This document shows, piece by piece, positions 1 to 9,791 of a stretch of DNA of 64,000 nt (position 1 is its first letter; each line of letters starts with the position of its first letter). This stretch comes from an uncultured bacterium (lineage in GTDB: Bacteria > Desulfobacterota > Deferrimicrobia > J040): the NCBI GenBank assembly GCA_964347065.1, contig CAYFXN010000002.1, positions 9,471-73,470 on the forward strand, written 5' to 3'. The notes under the pieces were generated by a model. The model saw nothing but the letters and a program-made list of their open reading frames with translations, did no database searches and was not told the DNA's origin. Both the position numbers and the translations under genes were made by a program.

Positions 1-585
1 TCCCGGTTGGTAAAAAAAACTCCCCTCGAAGAGGGGTTGATCTGCCCCGGGTGCAGGACCTCACCCCCCCTTTTTACCTCACTCTACTCCCTTTCACCTT
101 ACACACCGAGGGCTAAGGAGATAATTCACCGGATGAAATACTTGAAAGATTCAGCGGTAGCTAAGTGCCTGGGGCGACAACTTGCCCTTTTTTTGACCGG
201 AGCGGCCCCTTTCCTCATCGAGGATTACTCGGTCATCATACCGGTCCCCCTAACTCTCGGGAAACTCTTCAAGAGGGGGTTTAACCAGAGCGCTCTCATG
301 GGAAAACATCTTGCCCGCTTGACGGGCATTCCCTACATGCCCCGGGGCCTTCGGAGAGTGGCTGAGTTCTCATCCCAGGCAGGAAGACCGGCCGGTGAAA
401 GACCGCTCCTTACAGAGGGGGTCTTTCGCATTCATTCGTTGAACCTTGAGGGCCGTAAAAATATAATTCTCATTGACGACGTGGCTACAACGCTCGCAAC
501 ACTCAATGCCTGCACAAAAGCTTTGCTGGATGCCTTCGGGAAAAGGATTTCGGTGTTCGCAGTAACAGCAGCGAGGAGTTTCTGA
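1..585 (+). CDS. ComF-family phosphoribosyltransferase (ComFC-like); the 5' end may lie at or before the window start
   Basis: N-terminal CPGC zinc-finger-like motif; C-terminal PRTase signature 'ILIDDVATTLATL'. The frame is open from nt 1 and the reported start at nt 7 is a TTG. Confidence 0.7.
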   Translation, partial: SRLVKKTPLEEGLICPGCRTSPPLFTSLYSLSPYTPRAKEIIHRMKYLKDSAVAKCLGRQLALFLTGAAPFLIEDYSVIIPVPLTLGKLFKRGFNQSALMGKHLARLTGIPYMPRGLRRVAEFSSQAGRPAGERPLLTEGVFRIHSLNLEGRKNIILIDDVATTLATLNACTKALLDAFGKRISVFAVTAARSF

Positions 586-1367
586 TGGGAAAAAAGATAA
601 CCATCTCATTGTTACAAATGAGGATAGTTCCCGGTAACGTTTCGAAAAACCTGGAGAAAGCCTGTTCTCTCGTGAAGATGGCCAGGGATGAGGGGGCAGA
701 ACTCGCTGTCCTGCCTGAAATGTTCTCTTCCGGTTTTTACTACACCGACATGAAGGGGGTATCGGGTGAAACTCCGGCAGTCATATCGCACCTGGGAAAA
801 CTGTGCCGAGAAATGAGGATCTCCCTCGTTTTCTCGGTGCCTGAAAACGACGGCAGCGCAATCTTCAATACGGCGTACGTGATCGGAAGGGACGGGAAAA
901 GGAAGGGGAAATACAGGAAGGTCCACCTTTTCGGGCTTTTCATGGAAGACGACTATTTTTCCCGGGGAAACGAGACGGCTCTCATATCTCTTCCCTCGCT
1001 GAAAGTAGCTCCCCTTATCTGTTACGATCTCCGGTTTCCTGAAATCTCACGAAAAATGACTCTTTCTGGTGCGGAAGTAATCGTATACTGCTCACAGTGG
1101 CCCAAAGAGCGGCTTTTCCACTTTCGGACGCTGCTTCAAGCTAGAGCGATTGAGAACCAGCTCTACGTCATCGCCGCCAACGGTTGCGGAAAATCGGGAA
1201 AGATAGAGCTCGCAGGCCATTCCATGATCGTATCTCCTCTCGGAGATATCCTCATGGATTGCAGGAGGAAAGAGGGATGTTACACTGCCACGATCGACAA
1301 AGATGAGATACTACAATTTCGGAGAATGATGCCTTGCCTGAAAGACAGACATCCAGAAGCGTACTGA
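585..1367 (+). CDS. Carbon-nitrogen hydrolase (nitrilase superfamily amidohydrolase)
   Basis: Glu-Lys-Cys triad context: 'LPEMFSSGF', 'YRKVHLFG', 'LICYDLRFPE'. The ATG overlaps the ComF stop codon (TGATGG). Confidence 0.8.
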   Translation: MGKKITISLLQMRIVPGNVSKNLEKACSLVKMARDEGAELAVLPEMFSSGFYYTDMKGVSGETPAVISHLGKLCREMRISLVFSVPENDGSAIFNTAYVIGRDGKRKGKYRKVHLFGLFMEDDYFSRGNETALISLPSLKVAPLICYDLRFPEISRKMTLSGAEVIVYCSQWPKERLFHFRTLLQARAIENQLYVIAANGCGKSGKIELAGHSMIVSPLGDILMDCRRKEGCYTATIDKDEILQFRRMMPCLKDRHPEAY

Positions 1368-1876
1368 ACCCCGAAAACAAGATAATTTCGTCAGCGGAAG
1401 CGGGAGAGCTATCCCGGTCCTTGAAAAAGGAAGGGAACAAAATCGTTTTTACAAACGGCTGCTTCGATCTGATACACGCCGGTCACGCAACCTACCTTCT
1501 TGCGGCGCGAAAGCTCGGCAATTTCCTTTTCGTGGGGATGAACAGCGATAGTTCGGTAAAAAGAATCAAAGGGGAAAGAAGACCGATCGTTCCGGAAAAG
1601 GAAAGGGCCATCGTGCTCGCCTCTTTCGGCTTCGTGGACCATGTGATTCTCTTCAACGAAGACACTCCCTTCGAGCTCATCAAAATAATCGAGCCGGACA
1701 TTTTGGTAAAGGGAGAGGACTGGAGTGTGGAGGACATTGTGGGAGGGGATCTGGTAATTCGCCTCGGTGGAGAAGTGAAAGCTGTTCCCCTCGTGAAGGG
1801 GCTTTCGTCTTCGAGGATGATCGAACGGATAATTGAATCCTATTCCTCAATGGATGGCCCCCCCGACGAAGGGTAA
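1334..1876 (+). CDS. D-beta-D-heptose 1-phosphate adenylyltransferase-like cytidylyltransferase (RfaE domain II type)
   Basis: 'FTNGCFDLIHAGHATYL' nucleotidyltransferase HxGH motif. The exact start is uncertain and overlaps the upstream gene end. Confidence 0.7.
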   Translation: MPERQTSRSVLNPENKIISSAEAGELSRSLKKEGNKIVFTNGCFDLIHAGHATYLLAARKLGNFLFVGMNSDSSVKRIKGERRPIVPEKERAIVLASFGFVDHVILFNEDTPFELIKIIEPDILVKGEDWSVEDIVGGDLVIRLGGEVKAVPLVKGLSSSRMIERIIESYSSMDGPPDEG

Positions 1877-2087
1877 AAGATACCCCGCACCTGCGGTTAC
1901 CGGTTTGTCCGAGTGCCATTTTCCCTGCAGCCACGCTTCCGGGAGCAGAGGGGACCGTGCTGAGAAAGGTGCCCCGGCAAACCGATGAGTACCAGAGGAA
2001 GAACGAAAACATGATCAGCGCTCTTACTTTACCGGTTCCGGTACGCCCTTCGCTCAGATTCATCTTTTAACAACATTGTTGACTGGA

Positions 2088-3251
2088 TCAGTTTTTTTCG
2101 CAGATAGTCCGAAAGGCCTCTACCGCTTTCTCTGCTTCCCGTCGCGTGTTTAACGCGCTAAAGCTTATCCTGACCGCCCCTTCGGGAAACGTCCCCAGCG
2201 CCCTGTGCGCGAATGGCGCGCAGTGAAGTCCCGGTCTCACGAGAATTCCGTAATCATCGTCGAGCTGCAGAGACAGCTCCCCCGGATCGACACCTTCGAC
2301 GTTTACGGGAATAACCCCGACTCTCTTTCCCGGGGCATCGGCACCGTAAACGCGAATCCTCTTCAGGTCTTTCACTCCCTCCAGGAAAATACCGAGCAAC
2401 TCCATTTCATGGGCATGGATATTATGTATCCCTCTCTTCAAAACGTACTCCACTCCCCTTCGAAGTCCCGCTATCCCGGGAGAATTGGGAGTCCCCGCCT
2501 CGAGCCTGTCGGGTAAAAACCCCGGATGACTGTCCTCTTCCGATCTCGTGCCGGTACCCCCCTCGATGAGAGGATCCAGGTCGATGTTCTCTCCCGCATA
2601 GAGAAATCCCGTCCCCTGAGGGCCAAAGAGAGATTTGTGACCCGATGCGGCCAAAAGATCGATGTTCATCCGGCCCACGTCAATGTCAACGACACCTGCT
2701 GACTGTGCAGCATCCACCAGGAAAACGACTCCCTTTTTCCTGCAGGCATCGCCAACGGCGGAGATGTCGTATACAGAACCTGTAACGTTCGATGCCTGCA
2801 CCATTACGACCATTTTTGTGTTCTCCTTGAATGACCGCTCAATATCTGCCGGGTCAATGCTCCCCCAAGGATCTGCCTCCACGTAGGTCACTTCCACGCC
2901 AAAGCCTGCCAGTGTGGTGAGAGGCCTCAAAACCGAGTTGTGCTCCATCACCGTGGTGATCACGTGGTCGTTTGGCCGGAGGCACCCTTTGATCGCCTGA
3001 TTCAGAGCAAAAGTAGCGTTCGGCGTGAGTATGATTCTCTTGCTCTCTTCACAATGTATGAGCTGGGCGATAACCTCGCGTGTCTCGAAAATATCTCTCA
3101 TGGATTCGAAAGAGAGGGAATGACCGGATCTTCCTGGGTTCCCTGCACGCAAAAGAGCGTCCTTCACCGCTTCCACAACTTCCAATGGTTTGGGGAGAGA
3201 TGTTGCAGCGTTGTCGAGATAGATGATATCTCTTCCGCGATAGGTGATCAT
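2088..3251 (-). CDS. Class V aminotransferase / cysteine desulfurase-family PLP enzyme
   Basis: 'LDNAATS' N-terminus and the PLP-lysine motif 'SGHKSLFGPQGTGFLY'. Confidence 0.8.
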   Translation of the reverse strand: MITYRGRDIIYLDNAATSLPKPLEVVEAVKDALLRAGNPGRSGHSLSFESMRDIFETREVIAQLIHCEESKRIILTPNATFALNQAIKGCLRPNDHVITTVMEHNSVLRPLTTLAGFGVEVTYVEADPWGSIDPADIERSFKENTKMVVMVQASNVTGSVYDISAVGDACRKKGVVFLVDAAQSAGVVDIDVGRMNIDLLAASGHKSLFGPQGTGFLYAGENIDLDPLIEGGTGTRSEEDSHPGFLPDRLEAGTPNSPGIAGLRRGVEYVLKRGIHNIHAHEMELLGIFLEGVKDLKRIRVYGADAPGKRVGVIPVNVEGVDPGELSLQLDDDYGILVRPGLHCAPFAHRALGTFPEGAVRISFSALNTRREAEKAVEAFRTICEKN

Positions 3252-3307
3252 GAAATTGCGCCTCTTGCTGATTTCGGTCCTTTCAGGATAGATAGAAATT
3301 ATACCAC

Positions 3308-5083
3308 TTACCCAGTATAACCTACTATGAGTTTCATCCCTGGCCGGATGATTTCACCTTGTAGGCCGTTCATCATTTTGAGATTTTTGATGGAGATGCC
3401 GAAAGCCCTGGCTATTGAATAGAGGCTGTTTCCCTGCCTCACGGTGTATATTTTCTTCCCGCCGCTGATCCTGTAGGTATAGCTGCTCCTGTTTTCCTTC
3501 TGAGCTCCCTTCGCAGGTTTTCCGTAAACCCTGATTACAATCTTCTGACCCGCCCTGATTATATTGCCCCTCAAACCGTTTAGCTTTTTGAGAGCTGATA
3601 CGGAAACCCCGAAACGGCGGGAAATTTTGTATAAGCTGTCCCCTTTCTTCACCAGGTAAATTTTCCTGTTCCCTTCTTTGTAAACGTAATAGTATCGGGC
3701 ACTCCTCTCAAGGCTCGCTACGACCCGCCCCAGCTTCCTGTCGTCGACGGGCTTCAGCGAGGCAGCGTAGGAGTTTCGGGGCTCTCCCACGATGGGAATG
3801 ATGAGCCGCTTTCTGCCTCTGATACTGTTGCTGCGAAGCCCATTTACCTCTTTGATCCGCATAACGTCTGAGGCGTATTTGCTTGTTATCCTGTTGATGT
3901 TGTCCTTCGATGTTATCCGGTGGAGCACGAACTTCACTCTCGCTCTCCGCTCGATTTCCTGCATCTTTTCGATTGCCTTCTCCTTGCTCCCGAAAGGAAT
4001 CCTGACCGGGTACACCGCAGAGTACGGGGGACTGATCCCGCGCCTTATGCCCGTGTTCAGGGCTTTGATCTCTTCGTAGTCCGCTTCGATGATCTCCGCA
4101 AGGGTTCTGAGGTCGATCCCCCCCGGGAGATCGATTACGTCAAACGTAAGCGGGTAATCCATCTCGAGATCCGTGAATCCGTAAAGCTCCGGATCTTTCA
4201 CTATCGAAAGGGCTGCGAGCATCTTGGGAACGTAATTCTTCGTTTCCCTCGGCAGATACCGGTATTTGACCAGCTTCCAGTAATCGTTGGTGCGATACCT
4301 CCGTATGGCCCGATCGATCTTACCTTCTCCCACGTTATATGCTGCAGCGGCGAGGTGCCATGAACCGAACATTTCGTAGAGACTCTTCAAATACTTTGCG
4401 GCCGCCCTGGTGGAATGCTCGAAATCCCTCCGTTCGTCATCCCACCAGTCGATGTTCAGTCCGTATTTTTTGCCCGTCCAGTACATGAACTGCCAGATAC
4501 CGACGGCACCGGCCCGGGACACGGCCTTCGGTGAAAAACCGCTCTCTATCATCGCAAGATAGACAAAATCTCCCGGCACACCCTCTGAACGGAGAATCTT
4601 TCTCATCAGTTTTTCATATTTTCCGAATCTCCTGTGCCACTCCTTGAAATGGGCACTCGCTCTCGTCTGAAAATATTTTATCGAGTACTCTACTCTTTTG
4701 TTCAGGTCTACGGGAAGAGGGATATCCTCCTCCTCCAGCATATCCTCAGGGGTCTCGGCAACCTCCTCCTCGCCCATGTTGGCTTCTATTTCCTCTTCCG
4801 TCTGGAATGCAACAAAATTACGGTCTGGCCGACGAAGGGACCACGGCACGAGATTTTCATCTCGGAAGGGACTGAACCTTTGGAACACATCGACGCCTGA
4901 AGCGGAATCGCGAGAGAGAAGGGAACGGGGAGATTCAGCATGCAACGCTGATATGGCGGCTTCTTTGAACAGAACCGCACCCAATTCGCTGCTCTTTCCC
5001 TTAGCTCTCTCCGGCTGGAAAAGATTACAAAGAAGCAGAATGCAAACGGCAGTTACGAGTTTTTTTACCCTTCTTGCTCCCAC
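3308..5083 (-). CDS. Membrane-bound lytic murein transglycosylase with C-terminal LysM repeats (MltD-like)
   Basis: Signal peptide; SLT-domain motifs ('ESGFSPKAVSRAGAVGIWQFM', 'AAYNVGEG'); three C-terminal LysM-like repeats ('YTVRQGNSLYSIARAFGISIKNLKMMNGL'). Confidence 0.8.
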   Translation of the reverse strand: MGARRVKKLVTAVCILLLCNLFQPERAKGKSSELGAVLFKEAAISALHAESPRSLLSRDSASGVDVFQRFSPFRDENLVPWSLRRPDRNFVAFQTEEEIEANMGEEEVAETPEDMLEEEDIPLPVDLNKRVEYSIKYFQTRASAHFKEWHRRFGKYEKLMRKILRSEGVPGDFVYLAMIESGFSPKAVSRAGAVGIWQFMYWTGKKYGLNIDWWDDERRDFEHSTRAAAKYLKSLYEMFGSWHLAAAAYNVGEGKIDRAIRRYRTNDYWKLVKYRYLPRETKNYVPKMLAALSIVKDPELYGFTDLEMDYPLTFDVIDLPGGIDLRTLAEIIEADYEEIKALNTGIRRGISPPYSAVYPVRIPFGSKEKAIEKMQEIERRARVKFVLHRITSKDNINRITSKYASDVMRIKEVNGLRSNSIRGRKRLIIPIVGEPRNSYAASLKPVDDRKLGRVVASLERSARYYYVYKEGNRKIYLVKKGDSLYKISRRFGVSVSALKKLNGLRGNIIRAGQKIVIRVYGKPAKGAQKENRSSYTYRISGGKKIYTVRQGNSLYSIARAFGISIKNLKMMNGLQGEIIRPGMKLIVGYTG

Positions 5084-5159
5084 AAGCCCCCCGATACCGA
5101 ATCGAGCAGTAATGAAAAATTAAGCCGAATTTCAACAAGTAAAACAGGCCTGTCAAGTT

Positions 5160-5417
5160 TTACTCGACTCTAATGTCCTTTTTCAAGTACCTATTTTCAT
5201 CCTTCACATAATACTCTTTCGGATAATTTCCAGTCTTATTGAGGGCTGAAAGGATTTTCCCCCTGTCATCGTCGTCTATCCTGATTGCAAGACCACAATC
5301 TGAGGTGAGGGACCGGGGTACGGGAATCAGCTTCATGTATATACCCGCCCCCTTGATCACCTTTTCTGCAGCCATGACATGGTGGGTACCTTCAAAAATC
5401 AAAATGCCTTCCATCAA
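5160..5417 (-). CDS. DUF3343-family small protein (putative Se/S carrier-like)
   Basis: 'THHVMAAEKVIKGAGIYMKLIPVPRSLTSDCGLAIRI' matches the DUF3343 core, including its conserved Cys. Confidence 0.6.
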   Translation of the reverse strand: MMEGILIFEGTHHVMAAEKVIKGAGIYMKLIPVPRSLTSDCGLAIRIDDDDRGKILSALNKTGNYPKEYYVKDENRYLKKDIRVE

Positions 5418-5468
5418 TACCTCTCATGAAATCGAATATTCAGGGTAAAAAAGATAATCACATTGTAG

Positions 5469-5474
5469 TATAAT
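5469..5474 (+). promoter_or_regulatory. Perfect TATAAT -10 hexamer upstream of the small membrane protein/DUF721 pair
   Basis: TATAAT is present in the sequence; no strong -35 lies 17 bp upstream. Confidence 0.25.
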
Positions 5475-5517
5475 CATCCAAAACGTGCCGGCCAACACGA
5501 CGCACGGAGATCAGTTT

Positions 5518-5757
5518 GTGACAATTGTATCCATAGCTCTTATCTCTTACGCAGTCAATCTTCCTCTCGGATACCTGAGGAGCGGGGCAAGAAAGTACTC
5601 TCTCGCATGGTTCACATTTATTCACCTGTCGATACCGTTGATTATCTACCTGAGAATCAATAACAGGGTTCACCCCATTTCCATACCTCTCTTCATTCTC
5701 ACTGCCGTTATCGGCCAGATATGCGGAGGGGTGTTACGAAAAAAGGAGCACGCCTGA
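5518..5757 (+). CDS. Small hydrophobic membrane protein (hypothetical)
   Basis: GTG start 7 nt after a GGAGA RBS; two or three predicted TM helices; its stop overlaps the ATG of the next gene (TGAATG). The alternative GTG at 5485 has no RBS. Confidence 0.4.
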   Translation: MTIVSIALISYAVNLPLGYLRSGARKYSLAWFTFIHLSIPLIIYLRINNRVHPISIPLFILTAVIGQICGGVLRKKEHA

Positions 5758-6054
5758 ATGAAAACGGAAAAGATAGGGGAAACGGTCTTGAGTCTTCTCG
5801 AAAACCTCGGGTTGAAGGATGCAAAAAAATGCGCGTTGATAATCTCCCAATGGGAAGAAATTGCCGGAGAGGGGCTCATCAATCTCGTTAAGCCCGAATC
5901 TTTCCGCTTCGGCACCCTCCACCTGTCCGTTTCAAATCACAGCTGGGCCCAGGAACTTCAGCTGCTCAAACCCCAGTTCCTGAAGAAAGTAAACGGGATC
6001 CTAGGCAAAGAAGCAGTAAAGGATATCAGGTTCAAGGTGCGGGGAGATTGCTAA
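5758..6054 (+). CDS. DUF721 (DciA-like) protein
   Basis: 'W..IAGEGL...P..FRFGTLHLSVSNHSWAQELQLL...L..VN......V.DIRFKV' fits the DUF721/DciA pattern. Confidence 0.6.
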   Translation: MKTEKIGETVLSLLENLGLKDAKKCALIISQWEEIAGEGLINLVKPESFRFGTLHLSVSNHSWAQELQLLKPQFLKKVNGILGKEAVKDIRFKVRGDC

Positions 6055-6218
6055 TGCCGGGTTCCTTTCCCCGAAAGCCCGTTAAATTCTCCAGGAAGAA
6101 TCCTCTCATCACTTCCGCGTATGAAAACCTGCGGTCACCACCTGAATCGACTGATACGGTATCATTCAGAGCCATTCTGATGTATTAACAACGATCGGGG
6201 TTTCCCCATCGGCAGATG

Positions 6219-6968
6219 TCATTTCCTGATCATTCCCCGGTAGATCTTCACCACCTCCGCGGAGTAGGTATCTGCCCTCTCGTAGATGTAAAGGGGTGGC
6301 ATGACCGTTGTCTCCCGCTGCTTGCCAACTCCCCCTTTCATGAGCACAAATTCAGCCTCTTTATCCCGGAACGAGTGCACAAGGCGTATCTTTTCGAGCT
6401 TTAATCCGCGCCGGTTCATTTGGCAGCCCACATCGAGGAGCCTCCTGGCTGGATATATGAGAAAAAATTTTCCCTTCGCCGTAAGCGACAATGAAATTAC
6501 GGCGCCCAGGTTCGCAGCATCGAGGGTGTATTCGTGCCGTGCTAACCTTTTCTCCCGGTCGGGGTTCACTCTACCGGCATCTACCCTGCCAAATGGCGGG
6601 TTCGACACCACGGCATCGAACTTCTTCCCGCATCTTTTGACATATTCCCGAACGTCCGTATTCACCACCTCGATACTTTCGGTAAGATCATTGGTCTCCA
6701 TGTTTTTTCGTGCCATCTCTGCCAGGTTTTCCTGAATCTCCACGGCAACGATCCGTCCGACTGCTCTTTCTGATCTGGCCACGAGCATCGACACTACGCC
6801 GACGCCGGCTCCGACTTCGAGGACATCACCCCTGATTCCCTCATCGAGGGCGAAATAAGCGAGCAAAACGGAATCGAGGGAAAAACGGTACCCTTTTTTC
6901 CTCTGATAGACCGAAAGGTTAGCAAAATCGATGAAGTCTATTGTGATCTCGTCCTTTTCCCTGTGCAT
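6219..6968 (-). CDS. tRNA1(Val) (adenine37-N6)-methyltransferase-like SAM methyltransferase (TrmN6/YfiC family)
   Basis: SAM-binding 'VLEVGAGVGVVS' and the N6-adenine MTase motif 'NPPFG'. Confidence 0.75.
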   Translation of the reverse strand: MHREKDEITIDFIDFANLSVYQRKKGYRFSLDSVLLAYFALDEGIRGDVLEVGAGVGVVSMLVARSERAVGRIVAVEIQENLAEMARKNMETNDLTESIEVVNTDVREYVKRCGKKFDAVVSNPPFGRVDAGRVNPDREKRLARHEYTLDAANLGAVISLSLTAKGKFFLIYPARRLLDVGCQMNRRGLKLEKIRLVHSFRDKEAEFVLMKGGVGKQRETTVMPPLYIYERADTYSAEVVKIYRGMIRK

Positions 6969-6975
6969 GAACTTT

Positions 6976-8301
6976 TCATCCTACGCGGTCATTTTCGCCT
7001 ACGGGAAACAAGACGAGTCCCGTGAGTATCTTCGGATAGAAATAGGTCGATTTCTGGGGGAGGATGACACCGCTTTCCGAGACTTCGATAAACTGCTGCA
7101 TGGTGAGGGGATTGAGATAGAACAAGAACTGGATGTCCTTCGTCTCCAAATCACGCAGTCCTATCTTCACGTCCTTGTAGAACTTCACCTTATCTCCCGA
7201 GGCTATCTCCTCGGGCCCGATGGCGAGAATCTTTTCCAGAATGATGCCGTGGAGAAGTGAAACATCGAGGTTTTTCTCGGCTTTCGAGAGGGAAGAGAGA
7301 TTTTTTGCCTCTATGGTATCGGGATCTTCGACCGTCAAGAGGTAACACGCACCCCTTCCATCGACCAGGCCGAACCTGTGCGACTGTTCTTTCGCCTCCG
7401 ATACCTCTTTCACCATATCTTCCACGCCCCCTTCGATACTTTGAACCGAAAAACAGGCTTGCAGCTTCTCGATGAGTGAATCAACGGTATCCTGTTTAAG
7501 ACCGTAAACGCCCCTGTGTGTCGGTAGTATTACGAGTCCATCATCTCCGCTCGCGGAGAGAAATATCAACACGTAGTTCCACGCTGAGTCCCGATCACTC
7601 CCTGCCCTTTCCCTCATCCAGTCCCTGTACGCGAGAGCCGTCTCGTAGCGGTGGTGACCATCTGCTATAAAAATATTCTTCTGTTCCAAAACACCCTCCA
7701 CGTCCCCCACCAAGCGCTCATCACAAACCACCCACATCCGATGCGTGACGCCGACGTCGTCGATCACAGCCACATCGGGGTCGATACGCTCCGTCATCTC
7801 CCGGAAGAGTACCGGGACGACATTTTCATCGTCATCGTATATTCCGAAAATTGGGCTGGTAGCGGTCCTTGTGTTCTGCATGAGACTCAGCCTGTCAACT
7901 TTTGGTGAGAGGAGCGTCCTCTCATGAGGAAACACTTTCCCTTCCCCGAACTTCTCCAGCAAGAGACCGCATATGAACCCTTTCCTCACCAGTGTTCCCA
8001 TCCCTTCCAGCTGGAACTCCTGCTCATAATAGTAAAAAGATGGTTTTTCATCCTGCACGAGAATCTCTTCTGCGATAAACATCTCGAGCGTGGCGCCTGC
8101 CCTCTCGTATTTTTCCTCGGTTCTTCCGCCCCGCTCCATCCCATAATCGATCCAGACGATATTTTTCGGATGCCTGGCGTGGAGTTTTATCTGATCCGCT
8201 CTCGATATCACGTCGTACGGAGGAGCCACAACGAGACTTTTGTCCCTTATCAGGCTTCCATAGCGCAACCCACGAACCGGCCGTACCCTAGCCATTTCCA
8301 A
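6976..8301 (-). CDS. DUF1015-family protein
   Basis: N-terminus 'VRPVRGLRYG.....VVAPPYDVIS' is characteristic of DUF1015; about 440 aa. Confidence 0.7.
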   Translation of the reverse strand: MEMARVRPVRGLRYGSLIRDKSLVVAPPYDVISRADQIKLHARHPKNIVWIDYGMERGGRTEEKYERAGATLEMFIAEEILVQDEKPSFYYYEQEFQLEGMGTLVRKGFICGLLLEKFGEGKVFPHERTLLSPKVDRLSLMQNTRTATSPIFGIYDDDENVVPVLFREMTERIDPDVAVIDDVGVTHRMWVVCDERLVGDVEGVLEQKNIFIADGHHRYETALAYRDWMRERAGSDRDSAWNYVLIFLSASGDDGLVILPTHRGVYGLKQDTVDSLIEKLQACFSVQSIEGGVEDMVKEVSEAKEQSHRFGLVDGRGACYLLTVEDPDTIEAKNLSSLSKAEKNLDVSLLHGIILEKILAIGPEEIASGDKVKFYKDVKIGLRDLETKDIQFLFYLNPLTMQQFIEVSESGVILPQKSTYFYPKILTGLVLFPVGENDRVG

Positions 8302-8938
8302 ATTCCTCCGCTATTTTTAGTATCTCTTCTCCAGGGATGTCCCCCTCTCGTATCACCTTTACCACTCTCCCGTCTAGCAAAAGCACCGTCGAGCCGCGAG
8401 ATGGCGCCAGATCACCACCGTCGAGGAGCCATACTTCGTCCATCCCAAATTCCTTGAACACATCCGATAGAGCAACAGGGAGAGTGCCATCCAATTTGTT
8501 GGCGGATGTCCCCGTTACCATGCCGCCGCACAACTCGGCGAGGGAGAGCGCAACCTCCGAAGCGGGCATCCTCACGCCGACCGTTCCATCGAGTGCCCCG
8601 ATGACGCTGGCTATATGTGTTCGCGCCCTCGCCACAACGGTCAATTTTCCCGGCCAGTAAAGGGCCGTCAGCCTCATCCCCAGGGGTGAAAAAGAAGCGA
8701 ATATCTCCTGCGCCCTGCCCGCCCGGTCTATGATCAGCGGAACGGGCTTGCTCCTTTCCCTTCCCTTCAGCCCGAGCAGATTTTCCATTGCACCGACGCA
8801 TCTGATGTCCACACCGAGCCCGTAAAGGGTATCGGTCGGGAAGATGACAACGCCCCCTCCCCGAAGATAGAGAGAAACTTCATCCCTTATGGTATCTGAT
8901 ATGAGAAAGTCTTCAGCTTTTATCACCCTCATCTTCAA
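8288..8938 (-). CDS. tsaC: L-threonylcarbamoyladenylate synthase (TsaC/YrdC/Sua5 family)
   Basis: 'GGVVIFPTDTLYGLGVD' and 'TSANKLDGTLP' YrdC-fold motifs. Confidence 0.8.
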   Translation of the reverse strand: MKMRVIKAEDFLISDTIRDEVSLYLRGGGVVIFPTDTLYGLGVDIRCVGAMENLLGLKGRERSKPVPLIIDRAGRAQEIFASFSPLGMRLTALYWPGKLTVVARARTHIASVIGALDGTVGVRMPASEVALSLAELCGGMVTGTSANKLDGTLPVALSDVFKEFGMDEVWLLDGGDLAPSRGSTVLLLDGRVVKVIREGDIPGEEILKIAEEFGNG

Positions 8939-9791
8939 TCCCGTCTGTCATCAGCATTACACTGCCAAAATCCACCCCCGTGACCTTTTCGACAACCGGG
9001 CACTTGCACACAAAAAGGTAGAAGCACTTTTTCAGTTTACCGTAGAGCGTCTCGAAATTTGCCTGCCCCTTGCTGATCAAAAGATCAGAGTTCTCTATCA
9101 TCTCCAGGAATTCATGCGAGGATTCGGCAAGATCGGTTCCCACTGCCTGGCTGCCGTTTGATACTACGTGAAACTTCTTATCCATGCCCAGTTCGAGGGC
9201 GTCGAGATAGGTTATGTCGTCTATCACCGGCCCTCCCTTTACCCCGAGCCAGACCTGCGTTCCCCTTGCCATCAGCTGCTCGGCGAGCACCAGGTCAAAA
9301 GGGGCCTCGCCCGTGTTGTCGAGAAGAATTCCCACCGTCTTCGAAGAATCCAGGGCATCGATGAAGGAATCGATTTCAAATATCCCCGGGGAGAGGGAAT
9401 CCATATCGCTGAAATATATCTCTGCATCCTCTGGCGATATGATACCGAAATCGTACATGTTGCCGGCACCGGAGAGCATGAGGGAACGCTCGATGTCATC
9501 CCCCCCCTCTTTTACCTTCTCCCTCACCGTGGAGAATATTTTATCAAACCTCCTCTTATGCTCCCTCTTTACCTTCTCGAAAGGATCAGAATTCCCACTG
9601 GTCTCCCTGACTATAGCGTGAAGTTTCGTTGCGATCCTGGCGGGCACCTCATCGGTATCGGCCGATGATATATACCGGGCCGATCTTCTCAGGCTCATAG
9701 TTGTCTTCGCTTCGTTGACATCGGCCGCTCTGCAGGCCGTCTCGACCTGTCTCAGGAAACAGGGGTAGCATTCAGGGTTTATTCTGATCAT
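8913..9791 (-). CDS. DUF89 (ARMT1-like damage-control phosphatase family) protein
   Basis: N-terminal 'CYPCFLRQ' and overall length fit DUF89. Confidence 0.65.
   Translation of the reverse strand: MIRINPECYPCFLRQVETACRAADVNEAKTTMSLRRSARYISSADTDEVPARIATKLHAIVRETSGNSDPFEKVKREHKRRFDKIFSTVREKVKEGGDDIERSLMLSGAGNMYDFGIISPEDAEIYFSDMDSLSPGIFEIDSFIDALDSSKTVGILLDNTGEAPFDLVLAEQLMARGTQVWLGVKGGPVIDDITYLDALELGMDKKFHVVSNGSQAVGTDLAESSHEFLEMIENSDLLISKGQANFETLYGKLKKCFYLFVCKCPVVEKVTGVDFGSVMLMTDGIEDEGDKS

Noticed and set aside
1680-2063. 127-aa minus-strand ORF in the RfaE-II / aminotransferase gap
   Set aside because: Most of it is antisense to the RfaE-II-like CDS, and it has no supporting motif.
9168-9668. 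166-aa ORF on the + strand (and similar long ORFs at 10915-11583, 13341-14117, 15382-16203, 19426-19962, 27306-27953, 36251-36826, 46180-46785, 48974-49780)
   Set aside because: All lie antisense inside well-supported genes (DUF89, purD, MCE, MlaE, cysS, LysM, permease, PMM, acyl-CoA ligase) and have no RBS or recognisable motifs. They are shadow ORFs typical of GC-biased coding regions.
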